Shown piece by piece: positions 46,380-47,217 of a stretch of DNA of 47,217 nt. Numbering within the stretch: position 1 is the first letter of the stretch; every line of letters begins with the position of its first letter. This DNA comes from a virus. Lineage: Duplodnaviria > Caudoviricetes. The position numbers were made by a program, and so were the translations under genes. Location: positions 1-47,217 of the IMG/VR virus record IMGVR_UViG_3300033067_002201; one strand, given 5' to 3'. Below the pieces are notes generated by a model, which was given only the letters and a program-made list of their open reading frames with translations, did no database searches and was not told the DNA's origin.

Positions 46380-46449
46380 GGCATCAACGGTTGAGCGCGG
46401 CATTGGGTAAGTATGCCTGCCAGTGCGGGTCCGATTCCCGCAGATGCCA
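46380..46449 (+). ncRNA. tRNA-like element 1 (degenerate)
   Basis: Acceptor GGCATC(A)/(A)GATGCC, T-arm GCGGG-TCCGATT-CCCGC, central stem GGCAT/ATGCC with 9-nt loop; D-arm reduced. Confidence 0.5.
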
Positions 46450-46494
46450 GATCGCGTTGCGTGTTTATATCCAGAATCTCCAAGGAGTATTCCA

Positions 46495-46713
46495 ATGCCC
46501 AAGATCCTGTACCCGGAACTGACCGAGCAGGAGCGTGCGGTATATCTTTCCATCCGTGCTGTACAGAACAGGTCAGGAATAACGGTAAGTGAACTGCTCG
46601 ACTGCTTCCCTGATATGGCACCATCGAGGATGGGCGACATCCTCCACTTGCTCTGCAAGAAAGGTGCGATCGAGAAGCTCGAACGTGGCAGGTACGCACG
46701 TACTGTTCCCTGA
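46495..46713 (+). CDS. winged-helix DNA-binding protein
   Basis: LTEQERAVY--I...ITVSEL...RMGDIL--L--KG-IEK-ERGRY; RBS AAGGAG. Confidence 0.75.
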   Translation: MPKILYPELTEQERAVYLSIRAVQNRSGITVSELLDCFPDMAPSRMGDILHLLCKKGAIEKLERGRYARTVP

Positions 46714-46718
46714 AAAAT

Positions 46719-46808
46719 GCCGGGATCGTCCATGCAGTAATGCCACCTTGTTCTGCGCGTAGGACACTGCGTAGTGCAGAGAAGCGGGTTCAACTCCCGC
46801 TCCCGGCT
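46719..46808 (+). ncRNA. tRNA-like element 2 (non-canonical)
   Basis: Perfect 7-bp acceptor GCCGGGA/TCCCGGC, T-arm GCGGG-TTCAACT-CCCGC, D stem GTCC/GGAC with a 30-nt loop, shortened anticodon arm CTGC-GTAGT-GCAG. Confidence 0.65.
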
Positions 46809-46822
46809 CGAAGGAGGCAACA

Positions 46823-47095
46823 ATGCCAGATGAGAAACTGCCGAACTACGTGTTCGGCCCGTTGGATGTGATGCCGCTGGTCGAGCTTTCGAACGAAGCG
46901 TACGACATAGCGAGACAGCATCCGTCGGCACAGACAGTATTCCGTAAATGGATGCGGAAGTTCGTCGAGTTCATGCAGGCGCATGAGTTCACCAAGCCAC
47001 CTGAGGGTGCGCTGACAAAGACGGACAACAAGTATCTGGAGCTGGTGCGGGAGGGAACCGCAAAAGCCATCACCGACAAGATGAAAGACCAATGA
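46823..47095 (+). CDS. hypothetical protein
   Basis: RBS AAGGAGG. Confidence 0.65.
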   Translation: MPDEKLPNYVFGPLDVMPLVELSNEAYDIARQHPSAQTVFRKWMRKFVEFMQAHEFTKPPEGALTKTDNKYLELVREGTAKAITDKMKDQ

Positions 47096-47108
47096 AGGAG
47101 GCAGGTAG

Positions 47109-47217
47109 ATGATGAGCGATCTTGAGGACAGGACACGTGCACACTTCACGCCGCAATGGCTGAGGAATGCGAGCGACAATGCCAAGCTCAGGGAACTGCA
47201 AGACCTTGAGCATCTGT
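47109..47217 (+). CDS. 5' part of Maf/DUF115-like gene, continuing across the circular junction into 1..848
   Basis: RBS GGAGG upstream; ATG at 47109 gives MMSDLEDRTRAHFTPQWLRNASDNAKLRELQDLEHL; the last base T plus GT (1-2) makes TGT and continues in frame into the ORF ending at 848. Confidence 0.8.
   Translation, partial: MMSDLEDRTRAHFTPQWLRNASDNAKLRELQDLEHL

Noticed and set aside
46719-46808. Functional tRNA-Leu(TAG) or amber suppressor
   Set aside because: Anticodon arm too short and D-loop oversized; no CUA anticodon; kept only as a tRNA-like element

Overview
The window looks like a complete, circularly joined ~47.2 kb tailed-phage genome with podovirus-like gene content; one ORF reads in frame across the 47217/1 junction. 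No integrase or CI-type repressor is evident. Layout: (i) a middle/replication operon on + (about 46276 through the junction to 10263): two degenerate tRNA-like RNAs flanking a wHTH gene, Maf/DUF115-like protein, dATP/dGTP diphosphohydrolase, PD-(D/E)XK nuclease, RecT-like annealase, DUF669, vestigial QueE-like protein, Tad2/DUF2829-like protein, UDG-fused family A DNA polymerase and DUF3987-like helicase. (ii) A late operon on - (36521 to 10145): terminase, portal, scaffold, capsid, adaptor, nozzle and ejection proteins, with an unusual cassette between adaptor and nozzle (short fibre, Cys-rich protein, radical SAM, C1q-like protein, lysis genes, second radical SAM). (iii) A ~900 bp non-coding control region with phased DnaA-box arrays around an AT-rich core and a consensus sigma54 promoter. 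(iv) An early region on + of small genes (SSB, gp88-like, DUF932, Nmad5-like) punctuated by a repeated hairpin+CATTGCAA element. The most interesting candidate system is a radical SAM/SPASM maturase translationally coupled to a Cys-rich protein at the tail-fibre position, suggesting RiPP-like modification of a virion protein. All family calls come from motif recognition by eye, not from database searches.
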